A stretch of DNA of 64,000 bases from an uncultured Acidobacteriota bacterium (lineage in GTDB: Bacteria > Acidobacteriota > Vicinamibacteria > Fen-336): contig CAWGKR010000001.1 of NCBI GenBank assembly GCA_963823195.1, positions 38,559 through 102,558 on the forward strand, written 5' to 3'. The translations under genes were made by a program, and so were the position numbers. The notes under the pieces are model-generated. The model searched no databases, was not told the origin of the DNA, and saw only the letters and a list, made by a program, of their open reading frames with translations. Each line of letters starts with the position of its first letter. Position 1 is the stretch's first letter. Positions 49,356 to 58,601 of the stretch are shown here, in pieces.

Positions 49356-50258
49356 CTACTTGGACGAGATCGTGTACTTCACGAGGACGCCGTCGGCGAA
49401 CACCGTCTCGATGCGGTCGTCGCCTCGCGTGTAGACGACCGTCGAGACCTTCAGCGTCCCCTCGGGGTGCTCGGTGGCGCTCACCGGCTTCCCGAGCATC
49501 CGGTCGACCTCGCTGCGGGTCAGGCCCTTGCGGAGCGATCCCGAATCATCGTCGCGAGGGCGGGCGTCGGCGTTCTTGTGGTCCGCCTCGGGGCGCGGCC
49601 GGCGGGACTCGACCCATGGGAAGTCCACGTAGTCGTCGAGGGCGCGCATCACCCCCTCGGGCGTCAGGGCGCCCGGGGGAATTCGCTTGTTGGCATAGCG
49701 CACGTTGAAGCGGGATCCCTTGCCCATGGCCAGGTCGTGTTCCCGCTCCCTCTTGTCCTTGTCGGCGATGTCCTGCAACACCTGGGTACGGGCCTGCTCG
49801 CGCTCGCGGTCGCGCCGAACGTCGTCCAGCTCGCGCTGGTACTGGCGTCTCCGGTCCGGGTCGGTCTCGCTCTTCACGAGCTTCTCGAGGTCCTTCTCCC
49901 GGTTGCTCTTGGTCACGGGGGGGATGCTGGTGCCGCCGGCGCTGTCGCCGAACGTGCCCCATCCACCACCGCCCAGCTGCAGCTCGATGAGGTCGTCTTT
50001 CACCTTGACCCGCGTCACCGGCACCTGGTCTCCCGGCCGCAGGACGACACCGTAGTACCCGAGCCGCTGGCCGTGCTCCTGCATGTCGACGGGCTGCGGG
50101 TCCTCGGGACGGACGTCGACGCCCTTGGCGCTCGCCGGCATGTCGATCCGCACGACGACGGTTCGGCCCTCGAAGTAGTGGCGTAGCGCGTCCTCGTTCT
50201 GGGCCAGCAGGGTGGGGGCGCAGGACAGCGTCAGCGCCACGGCGGCGGCGTATCTCAT
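49356..50258 (-). CDS. Secreted hypothetical protein with C-terminal SmpA/BamE-like motif
   Basis: Signal peptide; charged coiled-coil middle; LRKGLTRSEVDRMLGKP..W/Y..V.F.DG.L. Confidence 0.6.
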   Translation of the reverse strand: MRYAAAVALTLSCAPTLLAQNEDALRHYFEGRTVVVRIDMPASAKGVDVRPEDPQPVDMQEHGQRLGYYGVVLRPGDQVPVTRVKVKDDLIELQLGGGGWGTFGDSAGGTSIPPVTKSNREKDLEKLVKSETDPDRRRQYQRELDDVRRDREREQARTQVLQDIADKDKREREHDLAMGKGSRFNVRYANKRIPPGALTPEGVMRALDDYVDFPWVESRRPRPEADHKNADARPRDDDSGSLRKGLTRSEVDRMLGKPVSATEHPEGTLKVSTVVYTRGDDRIETVFADGVLVKYTISSK

Positions 50259-50289
50259 CGGAAGGGGCTCCTTGGGGCCCCAGTCTACT

Positions 50290-51171
50290 TCAGGGAATGG
50301 CGAACTTCTCCCCTTGCGCGAGCTTGTGGAAGCGCTCCTGGAGGGATCGCGACAGGCGGTCCTTCAGCTCGTCGGGGTAGCCCCTCGTCCAGAAGACGTT
50401 GTCGGCAGCCTCCCGATAGGTGTCGAAGTGCTGCGGGAAGACGTACCGTGGCTCGAGGCGGTTGATGAGGATCATCGAGCGGTCCACGTGCATGTTGTGG
50501 ACCGTGGGGGAGACGAAGAGCACGTCGACGTTCTCGAGGCTGAGATGCTCCTCGGTGAGTACCGAGTCCCCCGGCTGCACGAAACGCTTCCCTTGGATCG
50601 TCAGGACGTAGCCGCAGTTGTGCTGGATCCCCTTGATGAAATCCGGCTCGCGCGTCAGGACGGTGAAGTCCTGGTTGCCGTGGATGGCGTGGATCGGCTC
50701 GACGTGGACCCCGCGGACGTCGAAGGGCTGGAGGGGCGTCGGCACGATCAAGCGCTCGCGAGGGATGCCGAGCCCGGGCTCGGCGTCCAGGCAGGTTTGG
50801 GGGAGGACGAACGTGCACCTCGATTTCTCGGCCAGCACCTTCAAGGTGGGCGCGTTGCAATGGTCGCCGTGTTGATGGGTCACGAACACGACGTTCAGGA
50901 GGGGCGCAAGCTGCTCCGGAGAGATGGGGGGCGCGTAGACCTTCTCGTCCGGCATGAGGTCGAGGTCCGTTCCCACGAGGAGGTCGTCGGCCTTGATGAG
51001 CCAACCGGCGTTCCCAACCCACCAGACGGCGACGCCCTTCCGATGGGCCTCGATCTGGCCGGCGACCTGGGGCGTCGGCTTGAGTACGTACGGCTCCTGC
51101 GCTACGAGAAGCGGGGAAACCCCTGCTCCCAGGAACAGCCCGACGACTCCTGCGCCGGTGATGCGATTCAT
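50290..51171 (-). CDS. Secreted MBL-fold metallo-hydrolase (UlaG-like)
   Basis: WWVGNAGWLI, VTHQHGDHC, GDS, PQHFDTY. Confidence 0.82.
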   Translation of the reverse strand: MNRITGAGVVGLFLGAGVSPLLVAQEPYVLKPTPQVAGQIEAHRKGVAVWWVGNAGWLIKADDLLVGTDLDLMPDEKVYAPPISPEQLAPLLNVVFVTHQHGDHCNAPTLKVLAEKSRCTFVLPQTCLDAEPGLGIPRERLIVPTPLQPFDVRGVHVEPIHAIHGNQDFTVLTREPDFIKGIQHNCGYVLTIQGKRFVQPGDSVLTEEHLSLENVDVLFVSPTVHNMHVDRSMILINRLEPRYVFPQHFDTYREAADNVFWTRGYPDELKDRLSRSLQERFHKLAQGEKFAIP

Positions 51172-51191
51172 CGCAGCCCCCCTCGGACGAA

Positions 51192-51539
51192 CTACAGGAT
51201 TTCCTTCAGCCGTTCCGCCGGACGAGCCAGGATTGCCCGCGTGCCCTTCTCGACGATCGGCCGCTGGATGAGATCCGGATGCTGGACCATCAGATCGAGC
51301 GCCTCCGCCTCCGTCAGGTCCCGCTCTCCGAGCCTCAGCTTCTTGTAGATGTCTTCCTTCTTTCGCAGGAGGTCAGGAGCCTTCATACCCATCTTCCGGA
51401 GCAGCTCCTTGAGCTTGGCCCTGGGTATGGGATCCAGGTAGTAGTCCACGGCTTCGAAGTCCACGCCGCTCTCCTTCAGCGCCGCGTGGACCTCCCGACA
51501 CGTGGTGCAGGTCGGTTTCTGGTAGACGACGATCTTCAT
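51192..51539 (-). CDS. ArsC/Spx/MgsR-family thioredoxin-fold protein
   Basis: VYQKPTCTTCR..HPDLIQRPIV. Confidence 0.85.
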   Translation of the reverse strand: MKIVVYQKPTCTTCREVHAALKESGVDFEAVDYYLDPIPRAKLKELLRKMGMKAPDLLRKKEDIYKKLRLGERDLTEAEALDLMVQHPDLIQRPIVEKGTRAILARPAERLKEIL

Positions 51540-53119
51540 CGCGTGAGCTCCGGTGCCATCCAAGGGACCCAGTAGGCCTGGACACAGGCGAGGAGGCCAA
51601 TCAAGCCCGCGAGCAGGATGCTATGCCAGAACGTGGCGCGGAGGATCTTGCCCTCGTGGCCGATGAGGCCCACGGTCGTGACGCCGACCGCGATGTTCTG
51701 GGGCGAGATCATCTTGCCGATGGCGCCGCCGGAGGAGTTGGTCGCGGCCAGCAGGAAGGGGTTGAGGCCCAACTGATGAGCGGCCGCCACCTGAAGGTTG
51801 CCGAACAGGAGATTGCTGGCCGTGTCGCTGCCGCTCAGGAAGCAGCCCACCCAGCCCACGTAGCTGCTGAAGAACGGGAAGGCCGTGCCCAGGCCGGCCA
51901 TGGCCGCGCCGAGGGTGTAAGCCATGCCGGAGTAGTTGTAGAGATACGCGAGGCTCACGATGACGACGACGGTGAGCCCCGGGAACGCCAGTTGGCGCAG
52001 CGCCTTCCCTCCCGCGGCCCCAACGACCTGCGGCCGCACGCGCAGGCAAAGGGCGGTGAGCGCGATCGTTGTCAGAATGGCGGTCCCCGTCCCCAGTGGC
52101 TGCAAGGAATAGAGGGCTGCGTACGGCCTCTGGTAGAGCGTGATGAAGACGCCCTTGTGCAGGCTCGGAATCGGAACGGTGATCGCGCCGACGGACGGCA
52201 GCTTGAGGTAGGACCAGAGGACCATGACGACGGAGAGCAGGACCCAGGGGAGCCAGCCGGCCAGGGCTTCCCGTGTGGAGATGGGCGAGGCAGCGCCGCC
52301 GCCGAGTCTCGGCTGCGAGAGGCGCAGGAAGCCGATCAGCGCCGCGATGGCGGTGAGCGCCGCCAGGATGTCGGCCGCGTACGGGCCCCACAGGTTGGAC
52401 ACGAGGAACTGGCCGAGGGCGTAGCTCCCCCCGGCGACCAGGGCCGCGGCCCACGCGCGCTTCAGCCCGTCGCCCCGTGCGACCACCCAGACCAGGTACG
52501 TGGGCAGAACGAGAGACAGGACAGGAACCTGCCTCCCGACCATGGCTGAGAGCTTCGAAAGATCCAGCTCCGTGACTCCGGCGAGGGCCACAATCGGGAT
52601 ACCCATGCCCCCGAACGCGACGGGCGCCGTGTTCGCGATCAGCGCGACGACCACCGCGCGCTCCGGCGTGAAGCCCAGGCCCACGAGCAGGAACGCGGTC
52701 ACGGCCACGGGCGCGCCGAAGCCGGCGCACCCTTCGAGCAGGGCGCCGAAGCAGAATGCCACGAGGATCGCCTGGATGCAGGCGTCGCCGGAGGCGTGTC
52801 GCTCCATCCACCGCCGCAGCAGGTCGAAATGGCCCGTGTCCTGCGTGAGGTTGTAGAGCCAGAGCGCGCTCCCGACGATGTAGAGGATCGGCGCCACGGC
52901 GTACAGGCCCCCGAAGACGGCGCTCCAGAGCGCCAGCCCCGGGGGCATGCGCCACATGCCCACCGCGAGTAGCCCCGCGACGCCCAGGCCCGAGGCCGCC
53001 GCGACGAGGCCGCTCTTGCGCAGGCCCCCCATCAGGACGAGGACCACGACCAGCGGGATCGCGGCCGCGAACGCCGAGAGCCCCACGGAATGAAGCGGGT
53101 CGAGGGGCTGAGGCCACAT
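51536..53119 (-). CDS. lctP: L-lactate permease
   Basis: FGALLEGCAGFGAPVA, LIANTAPVAFG, LSGSDTASNLLFG, GKMISPQNIAVG. Confidence 0.92.
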   Translation of the reverse strand: MWPQPLDPLHSVGLSAFAAAIPLVVVLVLMGGLRKSGLVAAASGLGVAGLLAVGMWRMPPGLALWSAVFGGLYAVAPILYIVGSALWLYNLTQDTGHFDLLRRWMERHASGDACIQAILVAFCFGALLEGCAGFGAPVAVTAFLLVGLGFTPERAVVVALIANTAPVAFGGMGIPIVALAGVTELDLSKLSAMVGRQVPVLSLVLPTYLVWVVARGDGLKRAWAAALVAGGSYALGQFLVSNLWGPYAADILAALTAIAALIGFLRLSQPRLGGGAASPISTREALAGWLPWVLLSVVMVLWSYLKLPSVGAITVPIPSLHKGVFITLYQRPYAALYSLQPLGTGTAILTTIALTALCLRVRPQVVGAAGGKALRQLAFPGLTVVVIVSLAYLYNYSGMAYTLGAAMAGLGTAFPFFSSYVGWVGCFLSGSDTASNLLFGNLQVAAAHQLGLNPFLLAATNSSGGAIGKMISPQNIAVGVTTVGLIGHEGKILRATFWHSILLAGLIGLLACVQAYWVPWMAPELTR

Positions 53120-53201
53120 GGCGGAGGGAGTATAGCGGCAGCGCCGCGTACCGGAGGTAGACTCAGGGCAGTACGGGAGGAGGCGCCCCTTGGGAGGCAC
53201 G

Positions 53202-54170
53202 ATGCGTGCGGTCCGGATCGCGGAATACGGTGGCCCGGAGGTCCTCCGGGTCGAGGAGTCGGAGATCCCGGCTCCGGTCGCCGGACAGCTCCTCGTCCGC
53301 CTCGAGGCGGCCGGAATCAACTTCATCGACGTCTATCAGCGCAAAGGGCTCTACAAGGTGCCGCTTCCCTACGGCATGGGTCTCGAAGGTGCCGGCATCG
53401 TCGAGGGCGTGGGGGCCGGCGTCTCCGACTTCGCCCCCGGGGCTCGCGTCGCTTGGATGGGCACGCCCGGCTCCTACGCGACCCACGCGATCGTCCCGGC
53501 GGACAAGGCGGTCGCGGTTCCCGCCGGGATCGACGGAAGCGCCGGTGCCGCCGCCATGCTCCAGGGGATCACGGCGCACTACCTCTCCCACTCCACCTAC
53601 GGCCTCGTCCAGGGCGATACCTGTCTCGTCCACGCGGGGGCCGGCGGCGTCGGGTTGCTGCTGACCCAGGTGGCGAAGCTCCTCGGCGCCCGCGTGCTGA
53701 CCACGGTCTCGACCGACGAGAAGGCCGCGCTCTCGCGCGAGGCTGGCGCCGACGAGGTGATCTTCTACGGCCGTGAGGACTTTGCCCAGGCGGTCCGGCG
53801 CCTCACGGGCGGCGTCGGCGTCCAGGTGGTCTACGACTCCGTCGGAAAGGACACATTCGACAAGAGCCTCGACTGCCTGGCGCCCCGCGGCATGCTCGTT
53901 CTCTTTGGCCAATCGAGTGGCCCCGTCGCGCCCCTCGACCTTCAGGTCCTGAACGCCAAAGGCTCGCTGTTCGTGACGCGACCCACGGCCTTCCACTACA
54001 CGGCGTCGCGCGAAGAGCTCCTCTCCAGGGCCCGCGACGTCTTCGGATGGATGGCCGACAAGCGCCTCAAGGTCCGCATCGGCGCCACCTTCCCCCTGGA
54101 TCACGTGGCAGAGGCCCATCGCCAGCTCGAGGCGCGGAAGACGACGGGGAAGGTCCTGCTCCTGCCCTAG
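53202..54170 (+). CDS. qor: NADPH:quinone oxidoreductase (zeta-crystallin-like)
   Basis: GINFID, GLEGAG, LQGITAHYL, AGAGGVG, YDSVGK, TTGKVLL. Confidence 0.92.
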   Translation: MRAVRIAEYGGPEVLRVEESEIPAPVAGQLLVRLEAAGINFIDVYQRKGLYKVPLPYGMGLEGAGIVEGVGAGVSDFAPGARVAWMGTPGSYATHAIVPADKAVAVPAGIDGSAGAAAMLQGITAHYLSHSTYGLVQGDTCLVHAGAGGVGLLLTQVAKLLGARVLTTVSTDEKAALSREAGADEVIFYGREDFAQAVRRLTGGVGVQVVYDSVGKDTFDKSLDCLAPRGMLVLFGQSSGPVAPLDLQVLNAKGSLFVTRPTAFHYTASREELLSRARDVFGWMADKRLKVRIGATFPLDHVAEAHRQLEARKTTGKVLLLP

Positions 54171-54230
54171 GGCGTGGCCCGCCGCGGGTTGGCGATGTAG
54201 TCGCTGGCGCGCGCCGGAGCTGCGCGTGCG

Positions 54231-54566
54231 TCAGCTCGTCTTCGGGGACGGGGACGGGGTCGGGGACGGGCTCGGCGACGGACGCGGCTTCGGCGTCGGC
54301 TTGGGGCTGGGCGTCGGGCTGGGAGTCGGGCTCGGGCTCACGATCACGTTCACCTGCGGGTTGCGCTGGCGCCAGTCGCTGCACGCCCTGACGTAGCGAT
54401 CGTAGTCGAGCGACGCCCTCGACGGCGCGTCGATCGCGGCACAGCCGCAGGCGTCGATGTAGGACCAATACGCGTCAGACGCTCGGGATGGAGGGTTCGT
54501 GCACTCCTGCGGCGTGGCCGGATCGCCCAGAGCCACGGTCAGCGCCATCAGGGCCAGAACACGCAT
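54231..54566 (-). CDS. Small secreted Cys-containing protein with Pro/Ser/Thr tail
   Basis: MRVLALMALTVALG leader; 4 Cys; duplicated PSRAS..Y..Y..AC motif; SPSPTPSPTP tail. Confidence 0.6.
   Translation of the reverse strand: MRVLALMALTVALGDPATPQECTNPPSRASDAYWSYIDACGCAAIDAPSRASLDYDRYVRACSDWRQRNPQVNVIVSPSPTPSPTPSPKPTPKPRPSPSPSPTPSPSPKTS
54241..54340. repeat. Low-complexity tandem repeat encoding (PS/PT/PK)n
   Basis: Imperfect 6/12-bp units (ggggac, gggctc, gtcggg). Confidence 0.7.
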
Positions 54567-54584
54567 CTCCACCTCCGGGTTCGC

Positions 54585-55595
54585 CTACGAAGCCATGTAC
54601 GTCCCGTCCTCGACGACGGTTCCGTCCGGCGCGGCCCTGGACGGAGCGTCGAGGAGCGCCACGTGAAGCTCGGCGCGACCGTAGCGGTACTGGACCCAGG
54701 CGCCGATCAGCAGTATCCCCAGGAGGATCGCGAGGACCCCGACCAGGCCTCCCTCGGGGCCGAAAGCCGCGCCCGTCCATACCTCGGGCCCCGCGTCGCT
54801 CGTGGCGATGGCGCTGGTGCGGAAGATCGTCATGCCGCTCACGGGGAAGCCGAAGGCGCAGCACTGGAAGAAATTCCACGCGGCGTGGAGCCCGACCGAG
54901 AGGCCGAGGCGCCCCGTGAGCATGTAGCCGACCGACAGGAGGATCCCCGCCAGCGTGATGTTGAACGTGCTCACGAGCGTTGCGTTCGGGTTCTGGACAT
55001 GGGTCAGGCCGAACACCCCTGAGGACAACAGGCAACCCGCCACGAGAGCCGGGCCAGGGCCCACAGGCCCGATCCGCAGGGACTCCGACAGGTTGCGGAG
55101 CAGGTACCCGCGCGTGACCAGCTCCTCCGAGAGGCCCGCGGCCAGGAACAGAACGAGCGGGCCGAGAAGCGCCACGGCGAAGGGGATTCTCGACTCGCTG
55201 CGGAAGAACCCCGTCACGCGAGCCCAGCCCAGGCTCCACTCGAGCAGAAACACGAAGGACATGAGCAGCGCGCCAAGAGCGAAGCCGGCGGCCGCGTCCT
55301 GGAGGAACGGTGTCGAGAGTCCCAGGCCCAGATCGGCCAGGGGCCGCCGGTCGATCCACCGCGTCGTGACGACGACGGAGATGGCCACGGTGGCCAGCTC
55401 CCCGCAGACGCCCACGTAGACCGACAGGGGACCGTGGAGCCAGCGCGTCGGGAATCCGAAATGCACGGCGACGCGGCTCCCGAGGTAGAGGGACCCCGCG
55501 AGCAGGCCGTTCAGAAGCAGGAAACAAAGGATGCGCCAGGGCCCGCGCAGTCGTCGTTCGTCCCGGTTCCAGAAGACGCCGAGCAGGCGGCTCAA
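54585..55595 (-). CDS. CPBP (Abi/CAAX) intramembrane glutamic endopeptidase
   Basis: SEELVTRGYL, FGLTH, GLHAAWN. Confidence 0.9.
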   Translation of the reverse strand: MSRLLGVFWNRDERRLRGPWRILCFLLLNGLLAGSLYLGSRVAVHFGFPTRWLHGPLSVYVGVCGELATVAISVVVTTRWIDRRPLADLGLGLSTPFLQDAAAGFALGALLMSFVFLLEWSLGWARVTGFFRSESRIPFAVALLGPLVLFLAAGLSEELVTRGYLLRNLSESLRIGPVGPGPALVAGCLLSSGVFGLTHVQNPNATLVSTFNITLAGILLSVGYMLTGRLGLSVGLHAAWNFFQCCAFGFPVSGMTIFRTSAIATSDAGPEVWTGAAFGPEGGLVGVLAILLGILLIGAWVQYRYGRAELHVALLDAPSRAAPDGTVVEDGTYMAS

Positions 55596-56539
55596 GACGC
55601 CGAGCCGGGCTGTCGCTGCCTCGCGCGTAGCTCGCGCGGGAGCAGGCTGCCGTAGAGAAACTCGCTGACGGGCACCGCCACACCGGCGGCGCGCCCGAGC
55701 CGGACGATCGCCCCGGTCTGGTGCTCCAGCTCCGACGGCTTGCCTCCGAGCAGGTCGCGCTGCATCGAGGCCGTGGTGTCCTCGGGCAGGCTGTCCACGT
55801 ACCGGAGCGTCCGCTCGACCGCGCCCTCGTGAAGCGCTACGCCGCGACGGCGTCCCACGTCGAACACCTCGCGCATCGCGGCCTCGAGGAGGCGCCGCGA
55901 CTCGGGCACGCGCCGAAAGGCCCCCACGGGCATCCCCGTCGCGGCTCCGACGCCGCCCACCGGTGCAATGAACAGGAACTTCTCCCAGAGCGCGACCTCG
56001 ATGTCGTCGGGCGTCTCCACGGCGAGCCCCTCACACGATTCGAACGCCGCGCGCAACGCGGCCACGCGATCGCTGCGGCGCCGGTCGCGCTCCCCGAACT
56101 CGACGCGCGGCGCCACGCCCGCGTGGCAGATCCGGCCCGGCCCTGCGACGTAGCTGACGATCCGGCAGAGGCCGGCGACCACGCGCTCGGGGCCCACGAC
56201 GGCCGCGGTTTCGTCCGCCGCTTCCACGCCGTTCTGGAGCGGCACCACGAAGCTGTCGGCTCTCAGCATCGGCAGGAGGGCGCGCGATGCCTCGGTGACC
56301 TCCCCCGCCTTCACGCACGACAGGACCGCGTCGACGGTGCCGGCGAGAGCCGGCTGGTCGGTCGCGTCGGCCGGGGAGACCGCGAAGTCTCCCGCGATGC
56401 TCTGGACGTGCAGGCCGCTGGCGCGAATGGCTTCGAGGTGCGCGCCCCTGGCGATGAACACGACCGAGTGCCCGGCCTGGGCGAGGCGCCCCCCGAAGTA
56501 GCCCCCCACGCCTCCCGTGCCGAAGACCGCCAGCCGCAT
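55592..56539 (-). CDS. panE: 2-dehydropantoate 2-reductase
   Basis: MRLAVFGTGGVGGYFG, LQNG, LWEKF, SMQRD..SE. Confidence 0.92.
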   Translation of the reverse strand: MRLAVFGTGGVGGYFGGRLAQAGHSVVFIARGAHLEAIRASGLHVQSIAGDFAVSPADATDQPALAGTVDAVLSCVKAGEVTEASRALLPMLRADSFVVPLQNGVEAADETAAVVGPERVVAGLCRIVSYVAGPGRICHAGVAPRVEFGERDRRRSDRVAALRAAFESCEGLAVETPDDIEVALWEKFLFIAPVGGVGAATGMPVGAFRRVPESRRLLEAAMREVFDVGRRRGVALHEGAVERTLRYVDSLPEDTTASMQRDLLGGKPSELEHQTGAIVRLGRAAGVAVPVSEFLYGSLLPRELRARQRQPGSAS

Positions 56540-56694
56540 CCGCAGCATTCTAGCCGCCCGCCATTGACAGCCGGGGTCGCCATGCCGATATTGGAGGCGA
56601 GACTTCTGGCCTGTCGACGCCTCGCCCTGCATCAGAGCAGGGGCGGGGCTTCGTCGTTTCTGGGCCCGACGACCACGATCGAGAGCGAGGAGCC

Positions 56695-57574
56695 ATGCAC
56701 GTGCCTACACGGGGCGCAGACCTCTTCTATTCGACCCGTGGCCAGGGGCCCGCGTGTTTCGTCCTGAGCGGCATCGGCCCGAAGCCCTACGAGCGCCTGA
56801 CGCCTCCCCCGCTGAGCGAACGGCTGACCCTCGTCCACGTCGATCTGAGGGGGAGCGGGCGGTCGACGGGGGACCCCACGGACCTCACCTTCGACGTCCT
56901 CGCCGCCGACCTCGATGCGATCCGTGTCGACCTGGGACTCGATCGCGTCGCCGTGCTGGGGCACTCGATCCTGGGGATGCTCGCCATCGAGTACGGCCGC
57001 CGGTGCCCGGGGAGCGTCTCCCACGTGATCGCCGTGGGCACGCCGCCCTTCGGCGATCTCGCGCGAGTCTCGGCGATGGCCGACGCCTTCTTCGAGCAGG
57101 ACGCGTCGGAGGACCGGAAGCGCGTCCTGAGCGAGAACCTGGCGAGGCTCGCCCCGGGCGCTCCCGTCATGGAGACGGTCCTGGCCCAGACGCCGATGCG
57201 CTTCTTCGACGCCCGCTTCGACGCTGCCCCGATCTTTGCCGACCGGATCGGCGGCCCCGGCCTTCTCATGCACGTCATGGGGACCCTCGCGCCGGCCTGG
57301 GACGTCGCCCGCGACTCCGAATCCCTGCGCGTCCCGATCTTCATCGCCCACGGGCGATACGACTACACGGTCCCCAGCGCCCTGTGGAGCGACGTCCTGG
57401 TGAAGCTCCCAAACGCGGACGCTCCAGGTATTCGACCGCAGCGGGCACCATCCGTTCTTCGAGGAGCCGGAGCGATTCGCCACGGCGCTGATGGAGTGGA
57501 TGGACAACCGCCGGCCCTTGGCCAAGAATGGGCAGGCTTCGAGCGAGGCGGCCACGCCTCGGGGGTGCGGGTGA
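56695..57574 (+). CDS. Alpha/beta hydrolase (proline iminopeptidase-like), frameshift ~57420
   Basis: DLRGSGRS, LGHSILG, GRYD; after the shift FDRSGHHPFFEEP. Confidence 0.8.
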
Positions 57575-58591
57575 GCCAGGCGAATCCGTTCGAGCAGCGC
57601 GGTGGAGACGTCGTCCCGATTCGCCCGGAGACGCCCGCCCGGCAGCAGCGCAACCCGGTCCACGAGCTGGACCTCGGTGCCTGTCCTCGCGCAGCGCGTG
57701 AACCGCAGCGCCGTCGAGCGCCGAACGGCCACGCTTCCGGGCCGGCGCACGGTCAAGAAGGAGTGGCAGGCCGCCTGGCTGCTTCGGGCCGTCACGCTCA
57801 TCGACCTCACGACGCTCTCGGGAGACGACACGCGCGGCAACGTGCTTCGCCTCTGCGCCAAGGCGAAGAGCCCGGTGCGCCAGGAGATCCTCGCGGCGCT
57901 GGGCATGGAGGGCGTGGATCTGCACACCGGCGCCGTCTGCGTCTACCACTCGATGGTGGCGACGGCCGTGACGGCGCTCCAGGGGTCGGGCATCCCCGTC
58001 GCCGCCGTGTCCACGGGGTTTCCGGCCGGACTCAACCCCATGGCGCAGCGGATCGCGGAGATCCGCGCCTCCGTCGAGGCGGGCGCCCACGAGATCGACG
58101 TCGTCATCACCCGGGGCCACGTGTTGAACGGGGCCTGGGAGGCGCTCTACCAGGAGATCCGCGCCTTCCGGGAAGCGTGCGGCGACGCGCACATGAAGGT
58201 AATCCTCGGGACGGGCGAGCTGGGGACGCTCACCAACGTGGCGCGCGCCAGCCGGGTCGCCATGATGGCCGGGGCCGACTTCATCAAGACCTCCACCGGC
58301 AAGGAGCCGGTGAACGCGACGCTTCCGGTCGGCCTGGTGATGGCCCGGATGATCCGCGCGCATCGCGAGGCCACCGGCTTCTCCGTCGGGTTCAAGCCCG
58401 CGGGGGGGATCCGCACCGCGAAGTCCGCCCTCGAGTGGATGTTCCTCATGAAGGAGGAGCTGGGGGATGCCTGGCTGCGCGCCGACCTCTTCCGTTTCGG
58501 CGCCAGCGGGCTGCTGACCGACATCGAGCGGCAGCTCGAGCACCACGTGACGGGACGGTACGCGGCGGCGCACCGTCAGCCGATGCCCTAG
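57571..58591 (+). CDS. deoC: Deoxyribose-phosphate aldolase (long type), N-terminal frameshift ~57670
   Basis: IDLTTL, AVCVY, STGFP, GAHEIDVV, MKVILGTGEL, FIKTSTGK, GFKPAGGI. Confidence 0.93.
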
Positions 58592-58601
58592 GAGCAGGTG
58601 G

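Noticed and set aside
54241-54340. Possible CRISPR or non-coding repeat
   Set aside because: Short degenerate units with no spacers; explained by the Pro/Ser/Thr coding tail. No CRISPR array was seen anywhere in the window.
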